Source: Fidelibacterota bacterium (GTDB lineage Bacteria > Fidelibacterota > Marinisomatia > SCGC-AAA003-L08 > TS1B11). From it: a DNA stretch of 64,000 nucleotides. Positions 30,293-39,934 of this stretch are shown one piece after another (position 1 is the first letter of the stretch; the number at the start of each line of letters is the position of its first letter). The stretch covers positions 156,654 to 220,653 of the forward strand of contig SCKJ01000003.1 of the NCBI GenBank assembly GCA_004124875.1. Reading direction: 5' to 3'. The notes under the pieces were generated by a model. That model ran no database searches. It saw nothing but the letters and a program-made list of their open reading frames with translations, and was not told the DNA's origin. The translations under genes and the position numbers were made by a program.

Positions 30293-31459
30293 CTATAGTC
30301 TTCGCAGTACCAAAATGCGCTCAATAATAGTAGTTTTAGTCTTTCTCCTTGAGCGACGGTTGTCAGGGATTGGATCAGAGAGAATGTCTATCATTTCAAA
30401 TTGATTATTTGTCGAATTAAGAGCTAATTTGCAAAGTAAGTCAGCTGTGTTTTTCGTGGTTCCATTTCTTGCATAGTCTCCGATAATAAGGATGCAATGG
30501 CCCTTTGGTACCAGGTTGCGGTTTATTTCCTTAAACCATGCTCCCATAAAATTCAAATAATTATTACCTCGAGGCGAGAGCCGTTGATCCATTTTTTGCC
30601 AATCAGTTTCACCAAGAAACCAGAGTCGCAGCCGATTATCTCGCCCATAGCTAAGCGTGTCAAAATAGGGTGGACTCGTTATGACCGCATTAATTGAACC
30701 GTTAGGAATGGGCACATAAAGTGACTCCCTGTTCCACACGCGGTAATTATGGTTAGTCCACGAGTTGGGCAGATTTGATCGCCGATACGCTCGTTTAATT
30801 TTTGCAATTAAACGGGAACGGAGATCCCTATAATCATACATTTCTGGAAAATTATCAAAAGGGTATTTGCGGTCCCTCAGATAAGGCACCATATGACTAG
30901 AGGGATAAGATAGAAATCCAGGTCTTTGGTGGTGCAGGATACCAAGCAAGCAAGAAAGAAGAAAATAATCTTTATGTTCCCTTAATACCTGAAAAGCAGC
31001 AACGACTTCACGCAACGTTTCGTTATGAAAAAATGCCCTTACCCATTTGGGCACACGTCGAAGGTCAATACTGGGCGCCTTACTTGCTATCTCTATCAGG
31101 GCGGCCTCTGTATTCTTCAATGCTAATTCCAAGGAAATAGGGGCCTCCAATTTCCCTCTTGTCAACGTGTAAGCATATGGGTTCAAGTCATTTGCCCACG
31201 CAGTTCTCCCAAGTAGTGCGCTTTCAAAGGGAACGACGCCTGATCCCGAGAAGGGGTCGTAGACCACATCTCCTGGCGAAGTAAACTGGTCTATCAAGGC
31301 ATTGGCCATCCCCGTCTTAAGTTTCCCTATATAGGGTGCGAGTTGCTGAAGTGTGTTCTCGCGGCCATTGAATGAGCCTTCCCAAAGCTTGGGATCAACC
31401 CTTGGCGCCTGTTGAGTGTCTTTATTTTTCAAAAGTACAGGCCTTTCGGGGTTTCTCAA
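30293..31459 (-). CDS. Site-specific DNA methyltransferase (amino-MTase; SPPY catalytic motif, N4-cytosine or N6-adenine)
   Basis: AdoMet-binding motif I (VVYDPFSGSGVVPFESALLGRTAWANDLNP) and catalytic motif IV (AVITSPPYFDTLSYG). First gene of the AT-rich island operon. Confidence 0.8.
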   Translation of the reverse strand: MRNPERPVLLKNKDTQQAPRVDPKLWEGSFNGRENTLQQLAPYIGKLKTGMANALIDQFTSPGDVVYDPFSGSGVVPFESALLGRTAWANDLNPYAYTLTRGKLEAPISLELALKNTEAALIEIASKAPSIDLRRVPKWVRAFFHNETLREVVAAFQVLREHKDYFLLSCLLGILHHQRPGFLSYPSSHMVPYLRDRKYPFDNFPEMYDYRDLRSRLIAKIKRAYRRSNLPNSWTNHNYRVWNRESLYVPIPNGSINAVITSPPYFDTLSYGRDNRLRLWFLGETDWQKMDQRLSPRGNNYLNFMGAWFKEINRNLVPKGHCILIIGDYARNGTTKNTADLLCKLALNSTNNQFEMIDILSDPIPDNRRSRRKTKTTIIERILVLRRL

Positions 31460-31552
31460 ATATTACTTAAGAAAAGCCAGTTTTAATAGGACAAGTGGCC
31501 CATTCAAAGGTCTGTGCCTTTATGTATGATCCATCCTCAGTCCCCGCCGCCC

Positions 31553-32449
31553 CTACTGGCCTCCGAGAATAATCGGCAGTCCGTCTTTGCCGGAGCCGAT
31601 GACCACCACCTTGGCGTTGGGTGACATGGCCAGCTCCGCCGTCGCCTCGATCCCTTTCCAGCGCAGCAGATTTTCGCTGAGACTTTCGGTGACGATGCGG
31701 TTCTGGTCAGCCGTGCCCCGGGCCTCGATCACCTTGCGCTCGGCCTCCTTGCGCTCCTTCGCCAGGACAAATTCCATCCGCTGGCTCTCCTGCTCGGCGC
31801 GCAGCTTCTCCTCGATGGCCTGGGAGAGATCGCTCGGCAGCTCGACCTGCCGCAACGGTGTCGAATCAATGTAAATGCCGTAGACCATGGTGGCTTCGTG
31901 CAACTTGTTCTTGATCCCTTCAGAGACCTCTTCACGCATCGAGGTATAGAGTGCCTTGGCCTCATACTGCGCCGTTACGCCACGCACCACCGAGCGGAAA
32001 TTGGGGATCAGAATCTTGCGCAGATAGTCATCCTCACGGCCCACGGTTTTATAGATTGACGGGGCGAAGGAGGGGTCGAGCCGGTAGAGGACCGACAGTT
32101 CCAGTCCCACGGTGAGGCCTTCCTTGCTGGGCACGCGCATCTCCTCGCGGCGCTCCTGAATTTTGATGGTCATTTTGATGATGTCGGCAAACGGGTTGCG
32201 CACATTGATGCCTTCGACGAGGATCCGATCATCAACTTTCCCGAACACCTTGACAACGCCCACCGTCCCCGCATCGATAATCGTAATGGTTTGCAGACCC
32301 GCCATCACCAGCGCGACCAGCCCAATGAGTTGCAGCGCCCCAGGCCCGATGCCCAGCGCCGCCAGCTGTGGCGATATCCCTTTGCGCTTGATCTGAACGG
32401 AAAGCACCAGAGCGAACAACCCGACGATAAGAAATAATACGAAACGCAT
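31553..32449 (-). CDS. SPFH/band-7 (stomatin/prohibitin-like) membrane protein
   Basis: N-terminal TM helices followed by an SPFH core (GTVGVVKVFGKV...REEMRVPSKEGLTVGLELSVLYRLD) and a coiled-coil C-terminus. Confidence 0.8.
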   Translation of the reverse strand: MRFVLFLIVGLFALVLSVQIKRKGISPQLAALGIGPGALQLIGLVALVMAGLQTITIIDAGTVGVVKVFGKVDDRILVEGINVRNPFADIIKMTIKIQERREEMRVPSKEGLTVGLELSVLYRLDPSFAPSIYKTVGREDDYLRKILIPNFRSVVRGVTAQYEAKALYTSMREEVSEGIKNKLHEATMVYGIYIDSTPLRQVELPSDLSQAIEEKLRAEQESQRMEFVLAKERKEAERKVIEARGTADQNRIVTESLSENLLRWKGIEATAELAMSPNAKVVVIGSGKDGLPIILGGQ

Positions 32450-32652
32450 AATGGAATTCTCCTGCCGTAAATATAAAAAAGTGTTTTAACCCAAGGCCGA
32501 AGCTAGCCCATTCTACTGCTGATAACGACCCTTTTCGGCGCCATTGACCAACACGGTCCCATCGGTGGCGTAAGAAATTCTGTGCCATACTTTGCCCGTT
32601 GCATCTGTTAATTTTGCCGTTGATATGGCAACCCCTGGCACCCAGAGCAACG

Positions 32653-34050
32653 ATGGCTGAAGCGGCCTCCAACCATTTCGATGTTCTGATTATAGGCGCC
32701 GGCCCCGGAGGGATGGCGGCCGCCACGAGGGGCGCCATCAAGGGGCTGAAAATCGGCCTGGTTAACGGCCAGCGGTTGTGGGGCCAAGGCATCCATGGCG
32801 CCTATAAATCAAAAGGCATGTACGAGCTGGCCAAGGATCACAGGGTGGCCACCAAGCCGGGACGCGGTTATATGCCAGCGGCGCCAGACATCGATTTTAG
32901 ACAGGTGCAGACGCAGCTGCTCCAGGGCGCGGCGGAGCTGGAGTCCATGTACGAGGCCCAGATCGAAATGCTCAACATCACCGAGATCAGGGGCATGGCC
33001 GTGTTTGTCGATCGCAGCACGATCTCGATCAAAGATACCCGCTACACCGCGAAGGACTTCATCATCGCCACAGGGACCACGCCAAAGTGGATTCCCAGCA
33101 TCCAGCGGGACAACAATCGCATCATGACGTCCGATGAAATTGTGTCACTGTCGGTCAGGCCGGACAGCCTGCTGATACTCGGCGCCGGGGTGATCGGCTG
33201 CGAGTTCGCTTCCATATTCAACATATTCGGAGCGGAGGTGACGCTCCTCGATGCGCGGGAAAAAATCCTCGCCCATGAAGATGACGATATTGGCGCTTTC
33301 CTCACGGAAAACTTTCGCGCCAACGGCATTGCCATCATCAAGTCGGCAAAAATGAGCGCCATGCTGGTGGAGGGTGACCAGGTGGTGACGACGCTGGAGG
33401 ATGGCAGCCGGTTCCGCACTGACGCGGCCTTGGTTTCCGTTGGCCGGACGCCGAACACGAAGGGGCTGGGCCTTGGCGATATTGGGGTCAAGCTGGATGC
33501 TCAGGGGTATATCAAGATTGACGAAAACTGTGGCACCACGGTGGAGCACATTTACGCTGTGGGCGATGTGGGGCGGCGGGAGAATTCGCTCGATCTGAGC
33601 CTTGTGCATGTTGCGGAGGCGGAAGGCCACCAGGCCATTGGTCATATTCTCGGCGGTGAACCTCACACGCCCATGAGCCACATTCCGTTTATCATCTTTA
33701 CGATTCCCCTTATTGCGGGAGCGGGCGAAAGCGAGAAATCTGCCCGCGAAAAGTATGGCGATGTGCGTGTGGCCAAGCTCAACAACGTGCGCAATCATCG
33801 GGCCCATGCCATGCGCTCCTTCGCCGGTTTTGTGAAACTGATCGTGGGGCCGGAGGGCGATGACCGCATCCTGGGCGTGCGGGCCTGCGGGCCCCAGGCC
33901 GACACCCTCATTGGCGAAGTCTCCCTCTGCATCCAGTACGGCCTGCCGTATACCCATCTGATGGATGCCGTCCATGCCCACCCGTCCCTATCGGAGAGCC
34001 TGCACAACGCCGCCCGCATGCTGGCCGGCCTCTATCCGATCCACGACTAG
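32653..34050 (+). CDS. FAD/NAD(P)-dependent pyridine nucleotide-disulfide oxidoreductase family protein (dihydrolipoyl-dehydrogenase-like, no obvious redox-active CxxxxC)
   Basis: FAD-binding FDVLIIGAGPGG and a second Rossmann motif (LLILGAGVIGCEFA) with a C-terminal dimerization-like domain. Start chosen at MAEAAS (32653) rather than the track start at 32599. Confidence 0.65.
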   Translation: MAEAASNHFDVLIIGAGPGGMAAATRGAIKGLKIGLVNGQRLWGQGIHGAYKSKGMYELAKDHRVATKPGRGYMPAAPDIDFRQVQTQLLQGAAELESMYEAQIEMLNITEIRGMAVFVDRSTISIKDTRYTAKDFIIATGTTPKWIPSIQRDNNRIMTSDEIVSLSVRPDSLLILGAGVIGCEFASIFNIFGAEVTLLDAREKILAHEDDDIGAFLTENFRANGIAIIKSAKMSAMLVEGDQVVTTLEDGSRFRTDAALVSVGRTPNTKGLGLGDIGVKLDAQGYIKIDENCGTTVEHIYAVGDVGRRENSLDLSLVHVAEAEGHQAIGHILGGEPHTPMSHIPFIIFTIPLIAGAGESEKSAREKYGDVRVAKLNNVRNHRAHAMRSFAGFVKLIVGPEGDDRILGVRACGPQADTLIGEVSLCIQYGLPYTHLMDAVHAHPSLSESLHNAARMLAGLYPIHD

Positions 34051-34610
34051 GGCGACAGCCGCTCACTGCCGGCATGCCACCGCCGGGCCAGCTCAAAGCC
34101 GACCACACCGAACGCCGTGGCCACATTCAGGCTCTGCTTCACGCCCATCATCGGCACCACCAGGCAGAGGTCGGCGGCGGCCACCACTTCATCGCTGACC
34201 CCGGTCACCTCATTGCCTACCACAAAGCAGACGGGAAACCTGATCGGCGCTGCCCAGAAATCGACGGCGTCGGTGGTCTGCTCCAGTACGGCGATCTGCA
34301 TGCCCTGGCGGCGCAGCGTGTCGACCCGGTCGATGGCTGAAGCGTGCTTTTCCCAAGGCACCGTATGCTCCGCGCCCAAGGCTGTTTTGGTGATCATTTT
34401 GTGCGGCGGGAAGGCGCTGTAGCCGCAAAGTTCCACCCGGGCCATATGCAGGGCGTCGGCGGTGCGCAGCATAGAGCCCACATTGTAGGCCGAGCGTATG
34501 TTCTCCAGAATGGCGTAGATGGGCAGCCGGGGGACATTGCGCAGATCATCCATGCCGGGGCGGGCCTTTTTGAGCTCCTCGTCACTGTATTTGCGGCGGA
34601 CCACGGGCAA
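34047..34610 (-). CDS. TrmH/SpoU-family RNA 2'-O-methyltransferase
   Basis: SPOUT motifs (LENIRSAYNVGSMLRTADA; CFVVGNEVTGVSDEV; MGVKQSLNVATAFGVV). Confidence 0.75.
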   Translation of the reverse strand: MPVVRRKYSDEELKKARPGMDDLRNVPRLPIYAILENIRSAYNVGSMLRTADALHMARVELCGYSAFPPHKMITKTALGAEHTVPWEKHASAIDRVDTLRRQGMQIAVLEQTTDAVDFWAAPIRFPVCFVVGNEVTGVSDEVVAAADLCLVVPMMGVKQSLNVATAFGVVGFELARRWHAGSERLSP

Positions 34611-34765
34611 TTTTAGGGTCGCCGGTGTGTCGTGTCAACGGCCCAGCTTCCCTGCAAGACTGAGCCCCTTTTGATCGTAAATTAACCTATAGCCCTCCAG
34701 ATTGGGCGTGTGGGAGTAAATGCGATCGAATGGAACTATAACTATAACTCCAACGCGAAGGGGAC

Positions 34766-35902
34766 GTGATGAAGATACTTGTGCTTGGCGGCGGGCTGGT
34801 CGGCAGGACCATCGCCCTGGATTTAAGTTTGGATGAAGGCAGCGAAGTCACCGTTGGCGATCTTGATCCCGCCGTGCTGGAGGGATTTGACGGAACGACG
34901 GTCAATAAGACACTTTCCGTCGACGTAACAGACACCGCCGCGCTGGATAACGCCATCGGGGATCACGAACTGATTGTCTGCGCCGTGCCGGGCCATCTGG
35001 GCCATGCCGTCATTGTGGCGGCCATTAATGCCGGCCGCCAACTGGTGGATATCTCCTTCGGGGAGGAGGATCCGCTCGCGCTCCATGACGTGGCCGTGAA
35101 AAATGGCGTGACGGCCATTGTCGACGCCGGTATTTCGCCGGGGCTGGCGAACCTGATTCTCGGCCGTTTCTACAAGGAGTATGACTCCATTGACCGGTTC
35201 ATCCACTTTGTGGGCGGTCTTCCGGAGGAGCGCCACTGGCCGTTCGAGTATATGTCGGTCTTTTCGCCCATTGATGTCATCGAGGAGTATACCCGGCCCG
35301 CGCGGATGAAATCGGGCGGCAAGCTTGTGGTCCGGCCGGCTCTCTCGGACGTGGAGCTGGTCGACTTCCCACTGGTCGGAACGCTCGAGGCGTTTTCCAC
35401 TGATGGCTTGCGCACGCTGCTGACCACCCTGCCGATCCCTTACATGAAAGAGAAAACGCTGCGCTATCCGGGGCACGCCGACCGGATGCGCATGCTCCTG
35501 CAAACCGGCTTTTTCAGCACTGATCCCATCGAAGTTGGCGGTCAGCAGATCATTCCCCGCGAAGTGACGGCGGAGCTTTTATTTCGCGCCTGGGCTCCCA
35601 AGGGCAATGGACGCGATCTGGCCGTCATGCGGGTGGAAATTGAAGGCGTGCTCGGCGGCAAGGAGGTGAAGACCACGGTCGATCTTTACGACGGCTACGA
35701 TCAGCAGACCGGCACGACGGCCATGGCCCGCACAACAGGCTTTACCTGCTCGGCATCGGCGCGGCTGATCATTAACGGCACTTTTACGAAGCCCGGCGTC
35801 TATCCGCTGGAGCTGGTCGGATTCGATGAAACCGCGTACCAGGCGGTGCTGAATGACTTGAGCCAGCGGGATATTTTTCTGCAGATTCAGCAGCAAAGCT
35901 GA
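34766..35902 (+). CDS. Saccharopine-dehydrogenase-family NAD(P)-binding oxidoreductase
   Basis: N-terminal Rossmann MKILVLGGGLVGRTIALDL; length and order typical of the Sacchrp_dh family. Confidence 0.65.
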   Translation: MMKILVLGGGLVGRTIALDLSLDEGSEVTVGDLDPAVLEGFDGTTVNKTLSVDVTDTAALDNAIGDHELIVCAVPGHLGHAVIVAAINAGRQLVDISFGEEDPLALHDVAVKNGVTAIVDAGISPGLANLILGRFYKEYDSIDRFIHFVGGLPEERHWPFEYMSVFSPIDVIEEYTRPARMKSGGKLVVRPALSDVELVDFPLVGTLEAFSTDGLRTLLTTLPIPYMKEKTLRYPGHADRMRMLLQTGFFSTDPIEVGGQQIIPREVTAELLFRAWAPKGNGRDLAVMRVEIEGVLGGKEVKTTVDLYDGYDQQTGTTAMARTTGFTCSASARLIINGTFTKPGVYPLELVGFDETAYQAVLNDLSQRDIFLQIQQQS

Positions 35903-35908
35903 TGGGAG

Positions 35909-37717
35909 TTAGGGGATGTCCACGCCGTCCGTGTAGCCGGGAACTTCAAGTTCGCGGTGGGTGAGCGGGGGCAGATCTTCTGCGGGCCACGAAAGTATTT
36001 CCAGCAGGTTGATGTTGACGGTGATGGGGTAGTAATCCCGGATCCGCCGGACAATCCAGGCTTCCAGCACCGGGGCTTTGCCCTCCTCATTCCATCTCAA
36101 TTTTAGATTTGTGAAGAGCTGACCGGGCTCAAGCCAACCGGGGTGACGAAGACCCCAAACCCGCACAAACAGGGTGTGGCCGTCAATCTGCACGGGTCCG
36201 ATGACGGTACCGGCGATGGCGGAGGCCAGGGAGTCTGCCAGCGCAGGAGACCAGGGGCGATACAGGTCAGCCGGCATCCATCCGAGGCGGCCCATGAGAG
36301 GCCGTGCCCACATTCGGCCGGTATGTTTGGCCGCCAATACGCTCAGTGATGCGCCGGCCTGAATCTGGCTGGCCAGCATGGCTGCTACGGCGCTGTCTGC
36401 CACAATGAGCTCTTCCAGATCGACTTCCGTGCGCCGGTAATAGAGGGTTGAATCGTTACCCCACAGCTCGAAAAGTGTCCCTTCTGACGGCATGGCGCGG
36501 TCCATGAGTTGCCGGACCATCTTTCGCAGAACGATGGCGTCCACAGCCTCCTTGCGGGTCTGCTCAGCCATGGACAGCCAGTGCCGGCCGTCAGGCAGCG
36601 ATTCCACCAGATCCAATAAATGCATGACCATGAGCAGCTCGCTGATCAGGTCCTGCAACCCGATAAGTTCCCTGGTGTAAAACGGCGATTCCGGCGGCAA
36701 CAGATGCAGGTTTTGCGACAGCCACTTAAAAGTGTAAGGCTGCCGGTCGATAGTAAACAGCGGGGCGTCCGCGAATTTGGGGTTGGCAGCCGTTAGCGCC
36801 TCAAGTGGGTCGCTGGCCGACAGGTATTGCTCCTTGATGATTTTGCGCAGGCGGCGCTTGCTCCACTTAACCGGCTGGGCGGCCACCCATAAGCGCAGCT
36901 CCTGATATACCTTCTCCAGGGAGATTTGCTCACCAACAATCTCGCGCAGCTCCTGCTGACGCCGGACCCGGCCGAAATGGCCATGCGTGGGACTAAAATT
37001 TTTCCCCAGCAGATGGATCAGGGCAAAGCCGTCGTCCGTGCGGATGGGGCCAGACAAGCCTCCCGGTTGCAGCGCGGCCGCCGCTTTGGCGTACTCGGGA
37101 TCGAGCTGGGCGGGGTAGAGCCAGCCGCGGTCCCACGGCCCTGCAAGAATCAAGGCGGTCGGTGAGTAGCGCAGGGCCACCGATTCAAAAGGCACTCCAG
37201 AGCGCAGGGCTTCAAGGGCAGTGAGGGCCGTGAGGCTGTCGGCAAAGGTGATGGAGCGGGTATGCAGGGAGGTCTGCTCCTGGCGGTAGGTGGCGCTGAT
37301 GATCGCTTCTGCGCTGGAGACTTTCTGCAGGAACAGGCGGCGCCCGATCTGGTCGGCCAATACGTCCCGCCAGGCATGGTAGGCTGCGCGGCGGATTTCG
37401 GGATCACCATCCAGGCCGCTTACGTAGCCCTGGTGAATGAGCAGGCGCTCGCCGATCAGATTGTGCAGATGCTGCAGCCGGGTTGGGAGGGAGTCGGCCG
37501 CGTTGCTTTCCAACAGAAAGGGGGGATAAGTGAGGTCGTAAGCCGCGACATCGATGCTGTCATTGCCGAAATAGGCCAGCGCCCCCTGCGCCCATAGGCC
37601 CACAGGCAGTGACCCCAGGATGAGCAGTGCCACCACGATCCGGCGGCGGAATTTGGAACCTGTATAAACCAACTGAAGCGCGACTCCCGCAATTGCATGA
37701 CTAAATGGACCGCCCAA
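35909..37717 (-). CDS. SurA/PpiC-type periplasmic peptidyl-prolyl isomerase/chaperone-like protein
   Basis: Signal-anchor N-terminus. Parvulin-like segments (GGLSGPIRTDDGFALIHLLGKN; AGTVIGPVQIDGHTLFVRVWGL). Confidence 0.5.
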   Translation of the reverse strand: MGGPFSHAIAGVALQLVYTGSKFRRRIVVALLILGSLPVGLWAQGALAYFGNDSIDVAAYDLTYPPFLLESNAADSLPTRLQHLHNLIGERLLIHQGYVSGLDGDPEIRRAAYHAWRDVLADQIGRRLFLQKVSSAEAIISATYRQEQTSLHTRSITFADSLTALTALEALRSGVPFESVALRYSPTALILAGPWDRGWLYPAQLDPEYAKAAAALQPGGLSGPIRTDDGFALIHLLGKNFSPTHGHFGRVRRQQELREIVGEQISLEKVYQELRLWVAAQPVKWSKRRLRKIIKEQYLSASDPLEALTAANPKFADAPLFTIDRQPYTFKWLSQNLHLLPPESPFYTRELIGLQDLISELLMVMHLLDLVESLPDGRHWLSMAEQTRKEAVDAIVLRKMVRQLMDRAMPSEGTLFELWGNDSTLYYRRTEVDLEELIVADSAVAAMLASQIQAGASLSVLAAKHTGRMWARPLMGRLGWMPADLYRPWSPALADSLASAIAGTVIGPVQIDGHTLFVRVWGLRHPGWLEPGQLFTNLKLRWNEEGKAPVLEAWIVRRIRDYYPITVNINLLEILSWPAEDLPPLTHRELEVPGYTDGVDIP

Positions 37718-37819
37718 GGTAGAGCGGCACGATCACTGCAGGAAACCCTTTTTGGGCGGGAGTGGCGTGGTGTGGCAGTGCTGTTTATCGCCTAAAGATT
37801 ATGCGTAATTTCGCCATGA

Positions 37820-37893
37820 GCCCCGGTAGCTCAGCTGGATAGAGCAACGGCCTTCTAAGCCGTAGGTCATCGGTTCGAATCCGATCCGGGGTA
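37820..37893 (+). tRNA. tRNA-Arg (anticodon TCT)
   Basis: Cloverleaf read by eye: acceptor GCCCCGG/CCGGGGU, D-arm GCUC-AGCUGGAUA-GAGC, anticodon stem ACGGC/GCCGU with loop CUUCUAA, variable AGGUC, T-arm AUCGG-UUCGAAU-CCGAU, discriminator A. CCA is not encoded. Confidence 0.85.
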
Positions 37894-37894
37894 C

Positions 37895-37932
37895 TAAAAA
37901 GAAGAACCCGCGTTTGCGGGTTTTCTTTTTAA
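37895..37932 (+). terminator. Rho-independent terminator after tRNA-Arg
   Basis: aaaaagaagaacccgc-gttt-gcgggttttctttttaat: a GC-rich hairpin followed by a T-run. Confidence 0.7.
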
Positions 37933-37966
37933 TAGTTCGTCTGAGGATGAGAACCTTGGTTCGAGC
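37924..37966. repeat. 43-nt repeat R1 (copy 1). Identical copy at 43502-43544; degenerate copy at about 39723-39760.
   Basis: agttcgtctgaggatgagaaccttggttcgagccggagcgatc occurs identically at both sites. Each copy is adjacent to tRNA-Arg-derived sequence. Confidence 0.8.
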
Positions 37967-38462
37967 CGGAGCGATCACCATTACCCCGCAAACGGCCAGT
38001 ATTGATGGAGAGGACCGCCAGGTATTGGTTTTCTCCTGGCTGGATGCGCAAGGGGAGCCTGTGCATCAGGCGGTGGATATGTCTGACTAGGCAGCGTGCC
38101 TATTGAGGCATTGGCAGATATTCGCGCGACAAAGGGCTGCATATGAATGCAGCCCTTTGTTCATCTGGATGATTGTGTAAACTGCTTTCGTATTTTGGCA
38201 GTAGTTTATACGGTATTATAACTTGATAATGCATGTAATATTACTTAATTTTGGGTGATTATGATTAATCCTAGCAAAAACTGGATTATATTTAATACAA
38301 AACCGAGGAGGTCACCCATGAAACTATCTGCTAACCTGGTATCTATTTGGTCATTCGATCACCCATTAAAGCCATGCTTGTTGTTATATCCTCAAGCGTG
38401 GCTGGTAAAAGATTCAAATCCTTTTCAAAATCACGTCGTAAACCTAGTCCGGAGGAGTGATT

Positions 38463-38645
38463 ATGAGTGGAATGGACAAAGGAAAAACAGGGGAGTCGAA
38501 AGAAGTTCCGGTTGATATTGAGATTATCGAGATTATCGAGATTATCGAAGAAACAGAGACTACTGGAGATATTCAGGACAAATCTACCTATATTGGGGTT
38601 GTTGGGAGACCTGTCCCCCCAAAGATATTGATCTTGAAGCAGTAG
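38463..38645 (+). CDS. Small acidic hypothetical protein with EIIEIIEII repeat (island cargo)
   Basis: GGAGG RBS 7 nt upstream of the ATG. The repeat is encoded by (GAGATTATC)3 at 38516-38545. AT-rich context. Confidence 0.3.
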   Translation: MSGMDKGKTGESKEVPVDIEIIEIIEIIEETETTGDIQDKSTYIGVVGRPVPPKILILKQ

Positions 38646-38734
38646 TACCATTAGAATTCTCGGGCAATTCTCTTTACATGCACCCATCAATGTATCAGAG
38701 GATTGTTCCTTAATATCAATTACTTGAGGTTCTC

Positions 38735-38980
38735 ATGAACGATATATCAGAAGAGAAGAAAATTATATCAGAAGAAAAGAAAATTCGAATTACTGCTGAT
38801 TTTCATCCAGATGCCTATGCAGTACTTAATCGTGTTGCCGACATGCTACACACTAGTAAAGCTGACGCTTTAAGACGAGCACTTGGACTAATCGATTATA
38901 TTCTTACCATTCAATCCAATGGGAGTGAATTAATCATTGAAGAGAAAGGTGGCAAGCGAACCGTAATTAAGACCTTTTAG
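38735..38980 (+). CDS. Ribbon-helix-helix-like small DNA-binding protein (antitoxin/CopG-like)
   Basis: 81 aa. ITADFHPDAYAVLNRVADMLHTSKADALRRALGL resembles an RHH beta-strand-helix-helix pattern. Confidence 0.45.
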   Translation: MNDISEEKKIISEEKKIRITADFHPDAYAVLNRVADMLHTSKADALRRALGLIDYILTIQSNGSELIIEEKGGKRTVIKTF

Positions 38981-39591
38981 ACTGTGGATAGATTATTGCA
39001 AACTGCCTAAAGGAATACGGAGTCAATAATAGCAGAACAAAAGCCAGCAACGCTGGATACGGCACCAGAGAACCCTACAGTCGAAAAAGAAGGATTCGTC
39101 GGGCCCCCTGAAATTAATGTTTCAGGATTCGTCGGGCCGCCTACCAGCCCTGAAATTCATGTTCTTCGCCGTGAAAAAACAAGGAATTATATTATATTTG
39201 CGGTGCTTGGCATGATGGCACTAATTGTCTTTATACCTTATTTAGTACAGCCTAAATCAGATACACATTGGAACCTTTTAATATACGCTCTAAATGGTCT
39301 AACTGGTATTCTTGGAACTAGTATAGCCTTTTACTTTCGGCTGAGGGATAGAGAATAGACAGTCAACGGCGCAAGGCTAAACTGTCTCTCTAGCTAAAGG
39401 GTTGTATTCTTATTTATGAATTGTAAGAGGGAATATTCGATTCATTTATAAATCAATAGCATCTGTATTTATTTCCATAGTTGAAATCGAGGCGTGCCCA
39501 AGAAATCTCGAGACAAACCGCATTATCGGCGTCAGAGTTTCGTCACTCTTTCTTGCCGCCTTTTTTCTTTTGTCGTCGGACAGACCAAGTT

Positions 39592-39663
39592 CTTCTAAGC
39601 CGTAGGTCATCGGTGAGTTGATCCCGCGTAACAAAGTGAAGCGGGGAATCCGATCCGGGGTAC
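39592..39663 (+). pseudogene. Degenerate partial copy of the tRNA-Arg 3' half (anticodon loop to acceptor end) with a 32-nt insertion in the T-loop, followed by a copy of the tRNA terminator (about 39698-39725)
   Basis: cttctaagccgtaggtcatcgg + tgagttgatcccgcgtaacaaagtgaagcggg + gaatccgatccggggtac matches 37849-37892 apart from the insertion. The downstream aagaagaacccgccacggcgggttcttctt mirrors the terminator at 37895-37932. No tRNA 5' half is present. Confidence 0.75.
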
Positions 39664-39934
39664 TCGTCGACAGGCTTTGTGCAGGCGTTTAAGAAGAACC
39701 CGCCACGGCGGGTTCTTCTTAATAGTCTGCCTATGGCTTCGATTCCTTGTTCGAGCCGAGACCCGCGGAATGACGGGCCGAGACTGGTGAGGAGTCATGA
39801 GGTGGCGGCAATCTGTTCTACAGCAGTAGCCTCACACTTCGTACGACCAATTGGACGACAATAGCAATTTATATGTGAGTCGCGATACGAGTTTTGATCT
39901 GCAAGGAACCGACTAATTTGAGTTGGCTGCTCAT

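Noticed and set aside
39018-39358. Possible small 2-TM membrane protein with GFVGPP repeat (in-frame from 39011 to the TAG at 39356-39358)
   Set aside because: No canonical start precedes the repeat-containing part; only GTG 39203 or ATG 39212 give a 48-51-aa peptide. It is too short and unsupported to call.
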